Assembly (NCBI GenBank): GCA_008369845.1
Contig: MRSU01011155.1
Span: forward strand, 1 to 37,069
Direction: 5' to 3'
DNA: 37,069 bases
Source: Trichomonas gallinae
Lineage: Eukaryota
The notes under the pieces were generated by a model. It worked only from the letters and a program-made list of their open reading frames with translations. It was not told where the DNA came from and did not search any database. Shown here one piece after another: positions 1 to 11,625 of the stretch; the stretch's first letter is position 1; each line of letters begins with the position of its first letter. The translations under genes and the position numbers were made by a program.

Positions 1-410
1 TCCAAAAATTACAAAAAAAAAAAAAAAAAAAAAAACTATATAAATTTTTCATGAATAAGATATTTTTAATCTTCATCACATTATTTAGAAGATGTTTAAA
101 TTTTCTGATAATCCAACTTTTTCAATATGCTTGACAAAATTATTTGGAAGTACTAAAAATATATCATTGATTAAATTTATGAAAAGATTTCTTTAAATCC
201 GATAATAGATTTTTGAAACAACTCATAGAATCCCAATAAATTAACGCAAAAAACAAGTTTATTTCCTTGAATTATTTCCAAATATGCCTTTATATAATAA
301 ATTGCCGATAGAATATTTCAAAGAAAAAAATATGGACATCTATTATATATGACTAATGCTTTTTACACGAGAAAATTCGGTTATGTAAAGGAATAAAAAA
401 TTTTTGATTC

Positions 411-2471
411 ATGTCTCAAGATTTCGATCCACAAGAAATATTGGCTAATCTTGATGAGAGCATCAATGATGGTAAGTTCTTCGAAGAGTTCAGTAAGTCT
501 GTCATAAGCAAATTCTTGAAGAGGACAGATATATCAATTGAACAAGCCACAAATATCATTTCAGAAGCCAAATACAAGTACGCTTCAAAAGATTCGTTCA
601 GATTCTTACAGTCGATGAATCTTAAAAGCGTCGATGACATCGATAAAGTTATTACATTTTTGCAAGCACTCAAGGAAACATTAAAAACACCTTTCTTCAA
701 TCAAATGGCAGAACTCATTGGCTGGTATGACTCCCAAAAGAAGGAGCTCTCTTCAGAAGTCAGTCGTCTTCGACAAAAGCTGAAAACTTCCGATAACCAC
801 GGTGCTTTACAGCTCAAGGACAAAGCAGACTACACACGCATCTATAACTTACTTGGAAAGATCGCTGTTGACGATGATAACGAATCTTTGAAATTGCTCG
901 ATAAGTATGGCTTCGTTGATATTAAGAACCAGAATGACGAAGTATTATTGATAACAGCTGCAGAAAGAGGCGATGTAAAGCTTGTTCAATTTTTGATCGA
1001 AAATGGCGCAGATAGACACGTTAAAAACAAAAACAACGACGACATCTTCATCATTGCTACAAGAAACTCAAGATCTGAAGTTGTTAAATACTTATTGAGT
1101 ATTGGATTTGATCCAGCAACAATTTCAGGCAGAGACAGCGAATCAGCCATGAACATTGCAGCAAACAACAAATCCTACGAAATCGTTGACTCTTTGTTCG
1201 AGTGTGGAATAAGGTTCCACACCAAAGATGAAGTTGACAACAACGCAATTTTCAATATGGCAGCTGCTGGCAAATTGAAGATTTTACAAAACATGTCAGA
1301 TATTGGTGTTAACTTTGACATCAAAGATGAAGCAGGAAGAACACCCCTTTTCTATTCCATCAAAAAAGGCCACGAAGATGTTACACAGTTCTTGATGTCG
1401 AAGAACTTAGATGTATCCCATACAGACGACAAAGGATGGGCACCAATGCATCACGCATGCGCCCATGGTGAACTTGTTTCAGTCAAGGCTTTGGTAGCTG
1501 CTGGTGCTTCTGTCGATATCAAGTCGCAGAACGGTTCTACACCTTTGCACGTCGCAGCACTCAACGGCGAACTCGAAGTGGTCAAATACTTGATAGAACA
1601 GAAAGCTGACATCACAACCAAAACAGAGAGGGGATGGACACCACTCACATCTGCTGCTTCTAAAGGCTACTACAAGGTTGTTGACTATCTCCAGACTAAA
1701 GGACTCACCCTCAACGAAAAAGACCAAAACGATATGACACCTTTGATCTACGCAGCGAGAAAAGGTTCTATCGAAACATTCTTGTATTTAATAGATCACG
1801 GAGCAGACATCAATGACATTGACAAGTACAAGCGCAATGCTTTGATTCACGCTGCAATCTATGGCAGCCTCAGCATCATTGAATACTTGTACCAAAGAAA
1901 AGTCGATTTCCTTTACAAAGATGCTTCAGGAAAATCGGCAATTATCCACGCAGCCAGAAACGGTCATCTCAACGTCGTCAAGTTCCTTCACACTCACGGC
2001 GTCCCGTTAGATATTACTGATGATGACGGATGGAACCCGATGATCTACTCAGCGGCAAAAGGAAAAATGGACGTCGTGAAATATTTAGTCAGAGCTGGAG
2101 CTGACTATAAATATGTCGATCCAAACGCCGTGACACCAGTCGATGCTGCTATTGGCAACAGACATGAAGATATCGCTGAATACTTGGAGAAGATTATCAG
2201 CGGAGAAATCAAAATCGAAGATGAAGAGGAAGAGAAAACTGATAAAGAACCAAGGAGAGAAATTGATGAAGATGAAGAATCTAACAGCTTCGAGTTCTCA
2301 ATGTCTGAGAAGGCACCAAAGTCACAGAAATCTCCAAAGAGAAAATCCTCGAAGCAAGCAGCCAGAAAAGTTGACGAAAATGCAGATTTACCACACAGAA
2401 AGCACAACCACTTCAAGAAACCACAAGACTCATACGGAGATAGTGATCCAGAGGATAAGAGCTCATCATAA
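411..2471 (+). CDS. Ankyrin repeat protein (about 13 repeats) with N-terminal helical region and charged C-terminal tail
   Basis: 686-aa ORF with repeated 33-aa units of the G-x-T-P-L-H-x-A-A-x-x-G type (e.g. GSTPLHVAALNGELEVVKYLIEQKAD, GWTPLTSAASKG). Confidence 0.95.
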   Translation: MSQDFDPQEILANLDESINDGKFFEEFSKSVISKFLKRTDISIEQATNIISEAKYKYASKDSFRFLQSMNLKSVDDIDKVITFLQALKETLKTPFFNQMAELIGWYDSQKKELSSEVSRLRQKLKTSDNHGALQLKDKADYTRIYNLLGKIAVDDDNESLKLLDKYGFVDIKNQNDEVLLITAAERGDVKLVQFLIENGADRHVKNKNNDDIFIIATRNSRSEVVKYLLSIGFDPATISGRDSESAMNIAANNKSYEIVDSLFECGIRFHTKDEVDNNAIFNMAAAGKLKILQNMSDIGVNFDIKDEAGRTPLFYSIKKGHEDVTQFLMSKNLDVSHTDDKGWAPMHHACAHGELVSVKALVAAGASVDIKSQNGSTPLHVAALNGELEVVKYLIEQKADITTKTERGWTPLTSAASKGYYKVVDYLQTKGLTLNEKDQNDMTPLIYAARKGSIETFLYLIDHGADINDIDKYKRNALIHAAIYGSLSIIEYLYQRKVDFLYKDASGKSAIIHAARNGHLNVVKFLHTHGVPLDITDDDGWNPMIYSAAKGKMDVVKYLVRAGADYKYVDPNAVTPVDAAIGNRHEDIAEYLEKIISGEIKIEDEEEEKTDKEPRREIDEDEESNSFEFSMSEKAPKSQKSPKRKSSKQAARKVDENADLPHRKHNHFKKPQDSYGDSDPEDKSSS

Positions 2472-2872
2472 TCATAATTATTGTTTTTCTGTCAATTATT
2501 TTTTATAAATTTATATTTTATAAAAATCGAGTATAATTTCAATAATTTTCTGCAATTCTATCTATATCTTTCTATACTCAATGATTTTGTTTCTTTCTAT
2601 AAATTAATATTTTGATATAATCAAAATGAGTCTTCTTAATATTATGGAATACAATAATTTGTTTTTTTATTGCAATATTCTACTTTCTTTCATTTGATTA
2701 TGAATTATAATAAAATTCATTAAATAAATAGATGGTAGTATTTTTGTCAGAAATGATGGTATATTTTCATTCTATTGAATTATATTATTAATTTTTAACA
2801 TATTGTAGTATGACTTTGTTTAATATGAAAAAATTATTTTTTATAGAATTAAGGAAAGTTTATTTCTGTAGT

Positions 2873-3970
2873 TTAAAGGTTATCGTTGTATTCGATGAGA
2901 ACGACTGGCTTGATGAGGTCGACTGGCTTATCCTTCATGAGGTAAAGAGCTTCTTCAACCTTCTCAAGGCCCTTGAATTCGTGTGTGATGAGCTTTGTTG
3001 GGTCAACCTTATGGTACTTGATCAAGTTAGCCATCTTCTCCATACGAAGCTGGCCACCTGGTGTGAGACCGCCGTGGATGAACTTGTTACCCATACCAAC
3101 ACCCCACTCGACACGTGGAACATCGATGTTTTCGCCTTCACCGAGGTAGTTAACGTTACCGATGACACCACCTGGCTTGAGCATCTTGACAGCCTGGGCG
3201 AATGTGTGGACATCACCACCAGCGATGATGACTCTGTCGACACCCTTTCCTTCTGTAGCCTTGAGAATCTGCTCTACGATGTCGCCGTTCTTGTAGTTGA
3301 TGATATCTGTAGCACCATACTGGACTGCGATGTCGCAGCAGTGTGGGCGAGAGCCGACAGCAAAGATTCTTGCAGCGCCCATCAATGCAGCACCACGGAC
3401 GGACATGAGACCGACAGGGCCGATACCGATGACGACAACGATATCACCGAGCTTGACTTCAGCGAGCTCGGCACCCTGGAAACCTGTTGTCATCATATCA
3501 GAGCACATGATGCAGTCTCTTGGTGTCAAGTCAGCGGGGAGCTTAGCGAGGTTAGCATCAGCCTCGTTAACGTGGAAGTATTCAGCGAAAACACCATCCT
3601 TGAAGTTGGAGAACTTCCAACCACCGAGCATGCCGCCGGAGTGCATTGAGAAGCCAGCCTGAGCTTCAGATGTGCCCCAATCTGGTGTAACAGCTGGAAC
3701 GATGACCTTGTCACCAACCTTAAGGTTCTTGACGAGTGAACCAACCTTGACAACTTGGCCAACGGCTTCGTGACCGAGAACCATGTTGTGTCTCTCACCG
3801 ATGGCACCAGACCAAACTGTGTGGATATCAGATGTGCATGGAGCAAGAGCAAGTGGTCTGCAGATAGCATCGTTTGGTCCGCATTCTGGAACATCCTTTT
3901 CGATCCAGCCGACAGCGCCAATCTTGAGCATAGCGAAGGCTTTCATCTTCTTTGGAAGCTCGAATGTCAT
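2873..3970 (-). CDS. adh1: NADP-dependent zinc secondary alcohol dehydrogenase (ADH-1; C. beijerinckii/T. brockii/Entamoeba ADH1 type, MDR family)
   Basis: Catalytic Zn ligands in APCTSD, GHE and SDMM; Rossmann GIGPVG; NADP determinants GSR and INY; no structural-Zn Cys cluster; ends DLIKPVV. Strong codon bias suggests high expression. Confidence 0.95.
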   Translation of the reverse strand: MTFELPKKMKAFAMLKIGAVGWIEKDVPECGPNDAICRPLALAPCTSDIHTVWSGAIGERHNMVLGHEAVGQVVKVGSLVKNLKVGDKVIVPAVTPDWGTSEAQAGFSMHSGGMLGGWKFSNFKDGVFAEYFHVNEADANLAKLPADLTPRDCIMCSDMMTTGFQGAELAEVKLGDIVVVIGIGPVGLMSVRGAALMGAARIFAVGSRPHCCDIAVQYGATDIINYKNGDIVEQILKATEGKGVDRVIIAGGDVHTFAQAVKMLKPGGVIGNVNYLGEGENIDVPRVEWGVGMGNKFIHGGLTPGGQLRMEKMANLIKYHKVDPTKLITHEFKGLEKVEEALYLMKDKPVDLIKPVVLIEYNDNL

Positions 3971-3985
3971 TCTTGAATTCGATAA

Positions 3986-3990
3986 AATGA
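3986..3990 (-). promoter_or_regulatory. Initiator (Inr) TCATT of adh1
   Basis: Minus strand reads AAAATCATTTT, about 16-20 nt upstream of the ATG; matches the trichomonad Inr consensus TCAYW. Confidence 0.7.
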
Positions 3991-5527
3991 TTTTTTTAAA
4001 TTAGGTGAACTGTTCCTTTTTCGATGAGGGTGATGTCTTCTCAAAAATTGAGGGTGGATAAGTCGAATTGAATAATGGGATAACAATAAGTATTCGTGTG
4101 TGCCACATCTATAGGATAATTTATATTGGAGGAATTTGCTAATCGTTTAAACAATGAATGGGAAAAACTATTCAATGAGTTTCCTCAAAATATAATTTTC
4201 AGTATAAAAAGGTCTGATATTGATAGCAAATCGAACAAAGATCTATATTTTAAGGTAACTTAGAGTCAATATATATTTGTTCATGGTATTTATTGATTTT
4301 GATCATTTCCTAAAAAGTTCAATCATCGAACAAACTCCATCGCATGGATTAATGTGGTGCATGTATATATTGATATAATATGACTCTAAAATATGAAAAT
4401 TTCGAGAAATTAACAATGAACCAACAGTGATTCCGATTCTTTTGATCGTTTTGGGAATTAGTGCTAATTATTATGCAGGGATAGATTATGTGTATGTTAT
4501 CTTTTGATCCTTTAATAGATAGGGTCTGAATTATGAGTATTCTTTGGCTAATTCGATTTCATCAGACAACAAAAATGAGATTTCACTATGACACACTATG
4601 TATATGATTGAATATGTATTGTCTGATGTGTTCTACGTGATAATTTTCTTTCTACAGACTTTCTGGGAGATCCAAACTAATTTGATCTAAAAATACTATT
4701 TTAGATATATAATTATCATATATGGTTTAATTCATTGTATTCTATTGTAAAAATTGATAAAATTCGGTTCTAAAAATAAATGCAGATATTTTTTCAACCC
4801 CAACAGTTCATGATCGTATATCGTGTAAAATTATAAATATATAAAATGATTAGAGTTTATTTATTGCATTTAAATCGTGCAATTGTTAAAAATTCATTCC
4901 AAAATAATTTTCCCCCGATAAAATTCAAATTAAAAATGTTATTAAACTTCAGCTATATTATACATAAATATTATATTTTGAAAATAATTTCAAATAAATT
5001 GGCTAAAGATTAAAAAAAATTATTTCGAAAGTAAAGAAAATTGATTTAATTCTGTAATAATCCGGTCCATTTTGGTGGATAATTAACAGGAACATTATCC
5101 AAATTATCAGAAATCCACATATTTATTTGAAATTTTAGTATTCGGCAATTCTGCATTGAAAAATTTCTCACTTTTTTTATAATTTCAATGTCTCTCACAA
5201 AAATGGTCAGAAACTGTTGATCAACCCTTTATATTTATTTGATTACATGAACACACGGCATGTGCATTTTAAATGAATATTTTAAATACCAAACTAATCC
5301 AATTCTATTTTGTGCAGGCATTTCTGAAAACTTGTCGAATTATATTGTTCTAATTGTCAATTAAACAGTTGCATTCATACTCCCTGATATTGGCTCATGC
5401 TTCATTCCAATACAGAATCAAACATATCATAGTCTATCGCTTTTCATAAAATAATAATATGATGAAAATTAAAAAAAAATATGATTTATCTAATATATAT
5501 AATAGATAGGCATTTATTGAACTTGTG

Positions 5528-5820
5528 TCATTTTGCTCCGTGTTCAATGAGCCTCTTTGTGTAGTAAGTAAAATTCATCCTTTGAGAATACTGAACAGGT
5601 GTTTTGTTTTAGCGTGGCAAATTTTTGGGTGTATCATAATTATGATAAATTTGAAAAACAGATTGTAATATAGGATTAACATTTGCACCTGCATAAATGA
5701 GAAATTCAGTAGTGTCGGATTATGCATTTTTAGCCGCTGTAGATAATGATGTTAAACCACATCTCGTCATTGCGTTTATATCTGCACCTTTACTCAGAAG
5801 ATAAAATTTGCACCATCAAC
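5528..5820 (-). pseudogene. Ankyrin repeat gene remnant
   Basis: Manual translation YLLSKGADINAMTRCGLTSLSTAAKNA*SDTTEFLIYAGANVN...*NKTPVQYSQRMNFTYYTKRLIEHGAK*, with in-frame TAA at 5720-5722 and 5609-5611. Confidence 0.8.
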
Positions 5821-6369
5821 TTTCGTCCGTTAAAATAAGGTTATTAGTTTCCATCTCTTTATCTAAGGTATTTCGAATATGTTGTCATGAAGATTTGGTT
5901 TATTAATTTACAGGAACAATGATGGAATTCGAGAAATATAATGATAATATTGAAAATTTTGCATTCGTAAAATCTTTGCTGAAAAAGAAAAATTAATCTC
6001 AATATTTTCAATGACATTTCACAAAAGTGGACATAAAATTTTATGTTTGGTTCCTCACATTACATGAAAAGAAATGAAATTACGAAGAATTGTTGATTGC
6101 TTTCAAAATTAAATTTGAGAGAAAAAAAGGTCAATGATTTTAATCGTCATGAAGACAATGAAAATAAAAAATAAAGTTTGTTAGCATATGTTAAGCTTAT
6201 TTATCAAATTAAATCTCTATGACCTAATGAGCATTCAAATCTTTCAATCTTGATTTTGTTTTAAATGTTCATTGCTATTTTCCCATAATAATTTAATATT
6301 TCATGTTTTTATGGAAAATTTTTAATTCAAAGGCATTCAAATTGAGAGAACAAATAAAATGCAATAAAA

Positions 6370-6374
6370 TCATT
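6370..6374 (+). promoter_or_regulatory. Initiator (Inr) TCATT of the amylase gene
   Basis: AAAATCATTTTTTCATATG; the Inr begins 12 nt upstream of ATG 6382. Confidence 0.7.
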
Positions 6375-6381
6375 TTTTCAT

Positions 6382-7887
6382 ATGGGAATTTTCCAGAGTG
6401 TACCTATTCCGGCTAACTACAAGTCAGGGCAACTCATGAACCTCGACGATGTAGTTGCTGATATAGATGTTAACGAATTTTACAAACTTCGAATTTACCA
6501 GATCATGGTTTCATCTTTCCAGGCCAGCACTTGGTTCTGGGGAGGTTATGGATGGGGCTATGGTCCAAGCCACCACAGAGGAGACCTTGACGGCATCAAC
6601 AAAGCCTTAGACTACATTAAATCATTGAACTCAAACGCAATTTGGATCACGCCAATTTTCGACAGCAATTACAGATACAAAGGAAGAAGACTCCAGTCCA
6701 CTGGATATTTCTGCAATGACTACTTCCACGTTGACAAGCATTTTGGAGGGGATGAAGCTTTCAAGAGGTTAGTTGATGCTTGCCATGAAAAAGGAATTTA
6801 CGTTATTCTTGACGTTGCTTTTGGACATAATGGAAAAGTCAAGAAATCTTCTCCATCTGGACGCAAGCCAACAGATGAAGTTGCCAAGTTCCCAGAGTCC
6901 CTTGACTACTGCCTCGAAGTCATCCAATACTGGACTGAGAATTTCGAAGTCGACGGCTGGAGACTTGACCAATGCTACCAGATGAATCAAGATGGACACA
7001 ACTACATGAAAGAGATTCGTGAATTTTTCGAGAAGCTCTGCACAAAGAGGAAGCAAGAAGGCCACAAGTGGGGTACACTTGGCTACATTGTTGGCGAGCA
7101 TTGGGCTGGTGTTGATGAAATCAGAGACATAACATATGCAGGTGAAGGTCTCAGATCTGCTTTCGATTTTCCATCAAGATACAGCTTAGTCAAAGCAATT
7201 GCTCAAGGTGAAGATGGATATTCAGGAGGAATGAATGAGTTTTCATATATCTTCAGAACTCCAGAAGAGAAAGGATATCTTCAGGATTCAATTCCAAACA
7301 TGTTCATCGGCAATCATGATCTATGGAGACTTGGAAACTTGATCAGATCGAAGCACCGCAAAGATGGATCTTACAAGCTCTATTGGGACATCCACAAGCT
7401 TGCATTCAGTGTTTTGTGCGCATATTCTGGTCCTATCACTGTATATTATGGTGAAGAGATCGGCGACATAACACATGGATGGTTCTCGGAAACAAGACAT
7501 TTCTGCGGCAAATATACAGCTTCTGATAACTGTTCTAGAACGAATGGAAACATCAGAAAGTTCACGAAAGAACAGAAAGACCTCAATGAATTCGTACAGA
7601 ACTTGATGCAGTTGAGAAGTCAGAATCCAGCATTATACAGAGGCAGAGATTCTGTAACAATTCAAGGAAATATTTTAATCAACTACAAATATGATGACGA
7701 GACTGAAAACAAGATCATTGTTGTCTACAACATCGGTGATCAGGAAGAAACAACAGATTATATGTGTGGACATTCACAATTGATGAATATTTTCAATCCA
7801 AGTCAGAAATATGATGTTTCTGAAAATGGAACATTCCAAATCCCAATCAAAGGTATGTCTGCTCAATATCTCACTGTTGTTGCTTAA
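6382..7887 (+). CDS. GH13 alpha-amylase family glycosidase, bacterial-like
   Basis: GDLDGINKALDYIKSL, IWITPIF, YVILDVAFGH, GWRLDQ (nucleophile Asp), IVGEHW (acid/base Glu), GNHD, YYGEEIG, and a C-terminal beta domain. Confidence 0.93.
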   Translation: MGIFQSVPIPANYKSGQLMNLDDVVADIDVNEFYKLRIYQIMVSSFQASTWFWGGYGWGYGPSHHRGDLDGINKALDYIKSLNSNAIWITPIFDSNYRYKGRRLQSTGYFCNDYFHVDKHFGGDEAFKRLVDACHEKGIYVILDVAFGHNGKVKKSSPSGRKPTDEVAKFPESLDYCLEVIQYWTENFEVDGWRLDQCYQMNQDGHNYMKEIREFFEKLCTKRKQEGHKWGTLGYIVGEHWAGVDEIRDITYAGEGLRSAFDFPSRYSLVKAIAQGEDGYSGGMNEFSYIFRTPEEKGYLQDSIPNMFIGNHDLWRLGNLIRSKHRKDGSYKLYWDIHKLAFSVLCAYSGPITVYYGEEIGDITHGWFSETRHFCGKYTASDNCSRTNGNIRKFTKEQKDLNEFVQNLMQLRSQNPALYRGRDSVTIQGNILINYKYDDETENKIIVVYNIGDQEETTDYMCGHSQLMNIFNPSQKYDVSENGTFQIPIKGMSAQYLTVVA

Positions 7888-8763
7888 TCATAATTTTATT
7901 TGATATTATTATGCGTAAATATTATTCTATCCATTAATTTTGACCTATATTTTTGTATTAAATCTTTGTATTAATGAATATGAATGTCCATCTTCAAATG
8001 AAAAAAAAAAAAAAATATTTCTAGGCCAGAAATGGACATTGTTATGCACTATGTCATGATCAGCTAGTTATAGACTACATGAATTACAATTGCTAAAATG
8101 TATTTAATGCTCATAACATCTGCAAAAATGATATTTGACACTTTACATTTGAAATTTGATTTTACAAAATCCAAAGATTTTGGGGGTGTCAAAAACCATA
8201 CAATGGAATCGAGATTTTTTTCTAGAATGAAGACTTCTACTTTATGTAGGAGGATGATTTCAGCGGATATCGGATTATTTCCGTGTGCTAAATCAATTAT
8301 TGATGTGTATTTTATCAAATAGTTTATATTCTGCAAAATCTTAATTACATTCAATCAATTTTTTGTAATTTTCATCAAATTATGAAGCAATAATGCATAT
8401 GTATCTCATAATTATCTTATGTGTATGCAAATTATATTTGATTTTAAGCATATTAGACATAAATACAAAATATCACTATTTCAAACATAGGAATTACTTT
8501 ATTTTATAAAATTAGAAAAGCAAGAAAATAGGGAGATTTTACGATGTCAGATTGTCAATAATTTTGAAAAGTGAAAACGAATAAATGACATTGTAAATTT
8601 ACAAATGTCAAAATTTTAATCAAGGGGTGCATCGAAATTTTTTTGAAACTTTCCACATCACTATTATATCACTTCCAACCGGTAAATGCAGTCGAAAATA
8701 TACTTGAAAAGAACTTTAGGAATGAAAAATAAAAGTTTTATGTCAATATTTTCTGCATCACAT

Positions 8764-10743
8764 TTAATTCTGATCACGCGGAACTTTCTTTGTGACCTTC
8801 TTGTAGTACTTCTTTGGCTTCTCTGGTGACTGTGCTCTTGGCTCGTTCTTGTCGTACTTGACAACCTTGCGGATCTTCTTGTCCTTGAGCTCTTCCTCGT
8901 TGAACTGGTCCGCCTTGATGAGCTTGTGGTGTGTTGTCTTAACCTCTTGTGGCTGCTCCTGTGCAACTGGTGTTGCATCGAAGACGTGGATGAAGCACTG
9001 TGTTAGCATTGATGCGAAGTTTGTGCCGAGAAGGCTCTGTCCACGGTCGACGGCTTCGACGTCAGCATATACGAGAGAGAACTTCTGTGGGATGGCGTCA
9101 ATGGCCTTGTGGATGGCCTCGATGGCTCTGGCGAGTGGGTCGGCCTTTGGAACTGGGAACTCTGCTTCCTGGAGTGGGAAGTCTGAGACTGTGACGATGA
9201 ACTCGACGAGCATTGGGTAGATCTTCTTCTGGAGTCTCTTCTCTATGTCAGCCAAGCCCTCGAACTCGCCGTCGATGTTGCCGAGTGAGAAGACGACGTA
9301 GAGGAGTCTGGCGATTGGAAGGAAGTACTCTGGATGCTGGACGTTTGGATTGATCTTCTTGACATGGATGAGAGAGTTGTATATGTATGTCTTGAGGAAG
9401 ATCTCAGCGATGAACTGGTAGATTGTGAGTGTGTTGTTAGCAGTGATGGAAAGGTATGAGCGGGCGATGTTGAAGGCCTGCTTGATTGTGTCTGGGACGA
9501 GGTAGTATGAGTGGGCGATGAACCTGCAGATGTTTGCGACAAGCTTCTCGACGCCCTGGACGTCAACTTCTGGTGTGCCGAGGCCGAAAATGCCCTGCTC
9601 GTCGATGTATGTTGTGAGCTTTGTCATGAAAGTTTGTGTGTATGGGGCGATGAAGAGGTTAACGATGGCGTTGAGTAAGTTCTTGGAGTGTGATGGCTTA
9701 GCGATGAACTCGTTGACCGTGCCCTGAAGGTGAGAAAGGTCGTACAAGAGAACCTGCTCGATGAGAACGTTAGCCTTGCCACCGTACGAGTAAACATGGA
9801 AGAAGGACTCGATGACTGTCTTGGCAACAGTTGAGTCTGGCTGAGAAAGTGTTGGGTTGAGGAGTGTTCTGAGGATGTGAGAATCTGTGTTCATAATGAC
9901 CTGGTAAGCAGCCTGGTAGAGCTGATCTGGGGCTGGTGTTGAGATTGATGTCATGAACTGGAGCATTGGGGCTGGATTCTCGAGAACATTTGCCCAAAGC
10001 TGAACCTGAGCTGGATCTTCTGGAACGAACTTCCAAAGAGCCTTGCCCTTGTTGTCCATAACCTCGACAGAGATCTTATCCTTGCCGATCTGGAAAGCTG
10101 TTGGCTTAACGTTGAATTGTTCCTGCTGTTCGTTGCCCTTGAAGCTGTAGATGTAGAAGATCTTGTTTGCGTCCAAAACGGCCCAGAATCCTGGCTTCTT
10201 GCCCTTCTTGCACCTGCAGATAGCGAGATGTGGATTTGGATTTGGCTTTGTGAAGTTGATTGGGAAGATCTTCTGTGCGATCCACTGAAGAAGGCCTTGT
10301 GGCTGCTTGGCTTGGTGGAGCATCTTGACCAAGAAGAGAGTATAAACATCACAGCCATTGGCTGGTATGGAAGCTGGCCAGTAATTGGCGATGAATTTGA
10401 ATACTTCTGGGTTGATGTTCTGCTTGAGGTAGTCGGCAAAGTCAATAACGGCCTGCGATGGGTTGATAATCAAATCTTGTGGGGCAGCGGCGTTGAATTC
10501 GTTCAAAATTTCCTCGAAACTGTCCTTAAGTGGTCTGCCATGGAATGGGGCTGCTGTCTCGAATGTCTGTGTCTTCAATGATTCGTAAAAATCGGCAGGA
10601 TATTTATTGAACTCGTTAAAAAGCATGTTAGTGTTGACTGTTGAGTAAACAGATGAGTTTACAACTGGTGGTGGTGGAACTTCCTCCTTAATGGTTGGCT
10701 TAGAATCGGCTGGAGCTTGTTTCTTATCCTTCTTTTCTCCCAT
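8764..10743 (-). CDS. Protein with PH-like domain and degenerate RasGAP-like domain
   Basis: 659-aa ORF with strong codon bias. PH-like segment ends WKFVPEDPAQVQLWANVLE; a following helical region resembles RasGAP (EFIAKPSHSKNLL ~ LFRGNSxxSK). CDS is certain; domain calls are inferred. Confidence 0.7.
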   Translation of the reverse strand: MGEKKDKKQAPADSKPTIKEEVPPPPVVNSSVYSTVNTNMLFNEFNKYPADFYESLKTQTFETAAPFHGRPLKDSFEEILNEFNAAAPQDLIINPSQAVIDFADYLKQNINPEVFKFIANYWPASIPANGCDVYTLFLVKMLHQAKQPQGLLQWIAQKIFPINFTKPNPNPHLAICRCKKGKKPGFWAVLDANKIFYIYSFKGNEQQEQFNVKPTAFQIGKDKISVEVMDNKGKALWKFVPEDPAQVQLWANVLENPAPMLQFMTSISTPAPDQLYQAAYQVIMNTDSHILRTLLNPTLSQPDSTVAKTVIESFFHVYSYGGKANVLIEQVLLYDLSHLQGTVNEFIAKPSHSKNLLNAIVNLFIAPYTQTFMTKLTTYIDEQGIFGLGTPEVDVQGVEKLVANICRFIAHSYYLVPDTIKQAFNIARSYLSITANNTLTIYQFIAEIFLKTYIYNSLIHVKKINPNVQHPEYFLPIARLLYVVFSLGNIDGEFEGLADIEKRLQKKIYPMLVEFIVTVSDFPLQEAEFPVPKADPLARAIEAIHKAIDAIPQKFSLVYADVEAVDRGQSLLGTNFASMLTQCFIHVFDATPVAQEQPQEVKTTHHKLIKADQFNEEELKDKKIRKVVKYDKNEPRAQSPEKPKKYYKKVTKKVPRDQN

Positions 10744-11625
10744 TTTTATATTCTTCTGTTTTTTTGCGTTAAGTTTACGTTACATAACTTCTTTACATAC
10801 GTAAACTTCTCAATTAATTTTTTATTTAATATTATGATGTAGTATGTATTACTATCCCTATTTTTAAAATCAATTTTAATATATTCAATTTTATATTCAT
10901 TTATAATTCATATACTATTCATTTATAATTAAAAATTAATGATTCAATGTTTTAATTTAATTTTTTTGTGATAAAAAATGATTTTTAGTAAAATTGCATG
11001 TTTAATATGTGGAACAATAGATAACCAAATAAAAACAAATTAATTAAAATTTTTGAACTAAAATATGTCAACGTGATGAGAAGTATATTATAAATCGAAA
11101 TTCGATGAAATAAAATCGATATATTCTCAATTGTTTTAATTTTATATTTGTCATTCCTTTTGTTTACGTGACAGATTATTATCATTGGCAATGTTCATCA
11201 AAATAATACTAACATAATTTCTAAAATGAAATTCTTGTCATATAGCATCGAATGGATGTGACCGCTTTAAATTTCACTCGCATAATACTAAAGAGAATTA
11301 TGATCGAGAATCTTATATATGAAAAGGGCTAGTGGAAATTGTGGAACACTAAAAGGAATAGGTTATGAGGCAAATACATGGATAATCTCATCATATTTGA
11401 ATTAAATATTTTTTATTTTATATTAGGTGAGCATAGGAGTATATCTGACAGTGAAACATATGATTTTGATAATAAAAGAGAAATATTTTCTCATTAGCAA
11501 TGCTTCTAAATGAGATTTGAAAAATAAAATATCTGAATTGCCATTTTTGGAGTTAGATTATATTTTGAATATTTGTCTACTCATTAAAGCAATGCCATTT
11601 GTCTATTGCAGCAAAGATTAAAAAA

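Noticed and set aside
2810..3649. 279-aa ORF antisense to adh1, and similar shadow ORFs over other genes
   Set aside because: Explained by strong codon bias on the sense strand; no recognisable domain.
4330..4690. Coding-like decayed sequence upstream of adh1
   Set aside because: Multiple stops and no family recognisable by eye.
8064..8354. Overlapping short ORFs on both strands
   Set aside because: AT-rich, no motifs or clear promoter context; possibly an old remnant but unsupported.
8998..9007. GCTAACACAG branch-point-like sequence on the minus strand
   Set aside because: Lies inside an uninterrupted CDS and has the wrong branch-to-AG spacing.
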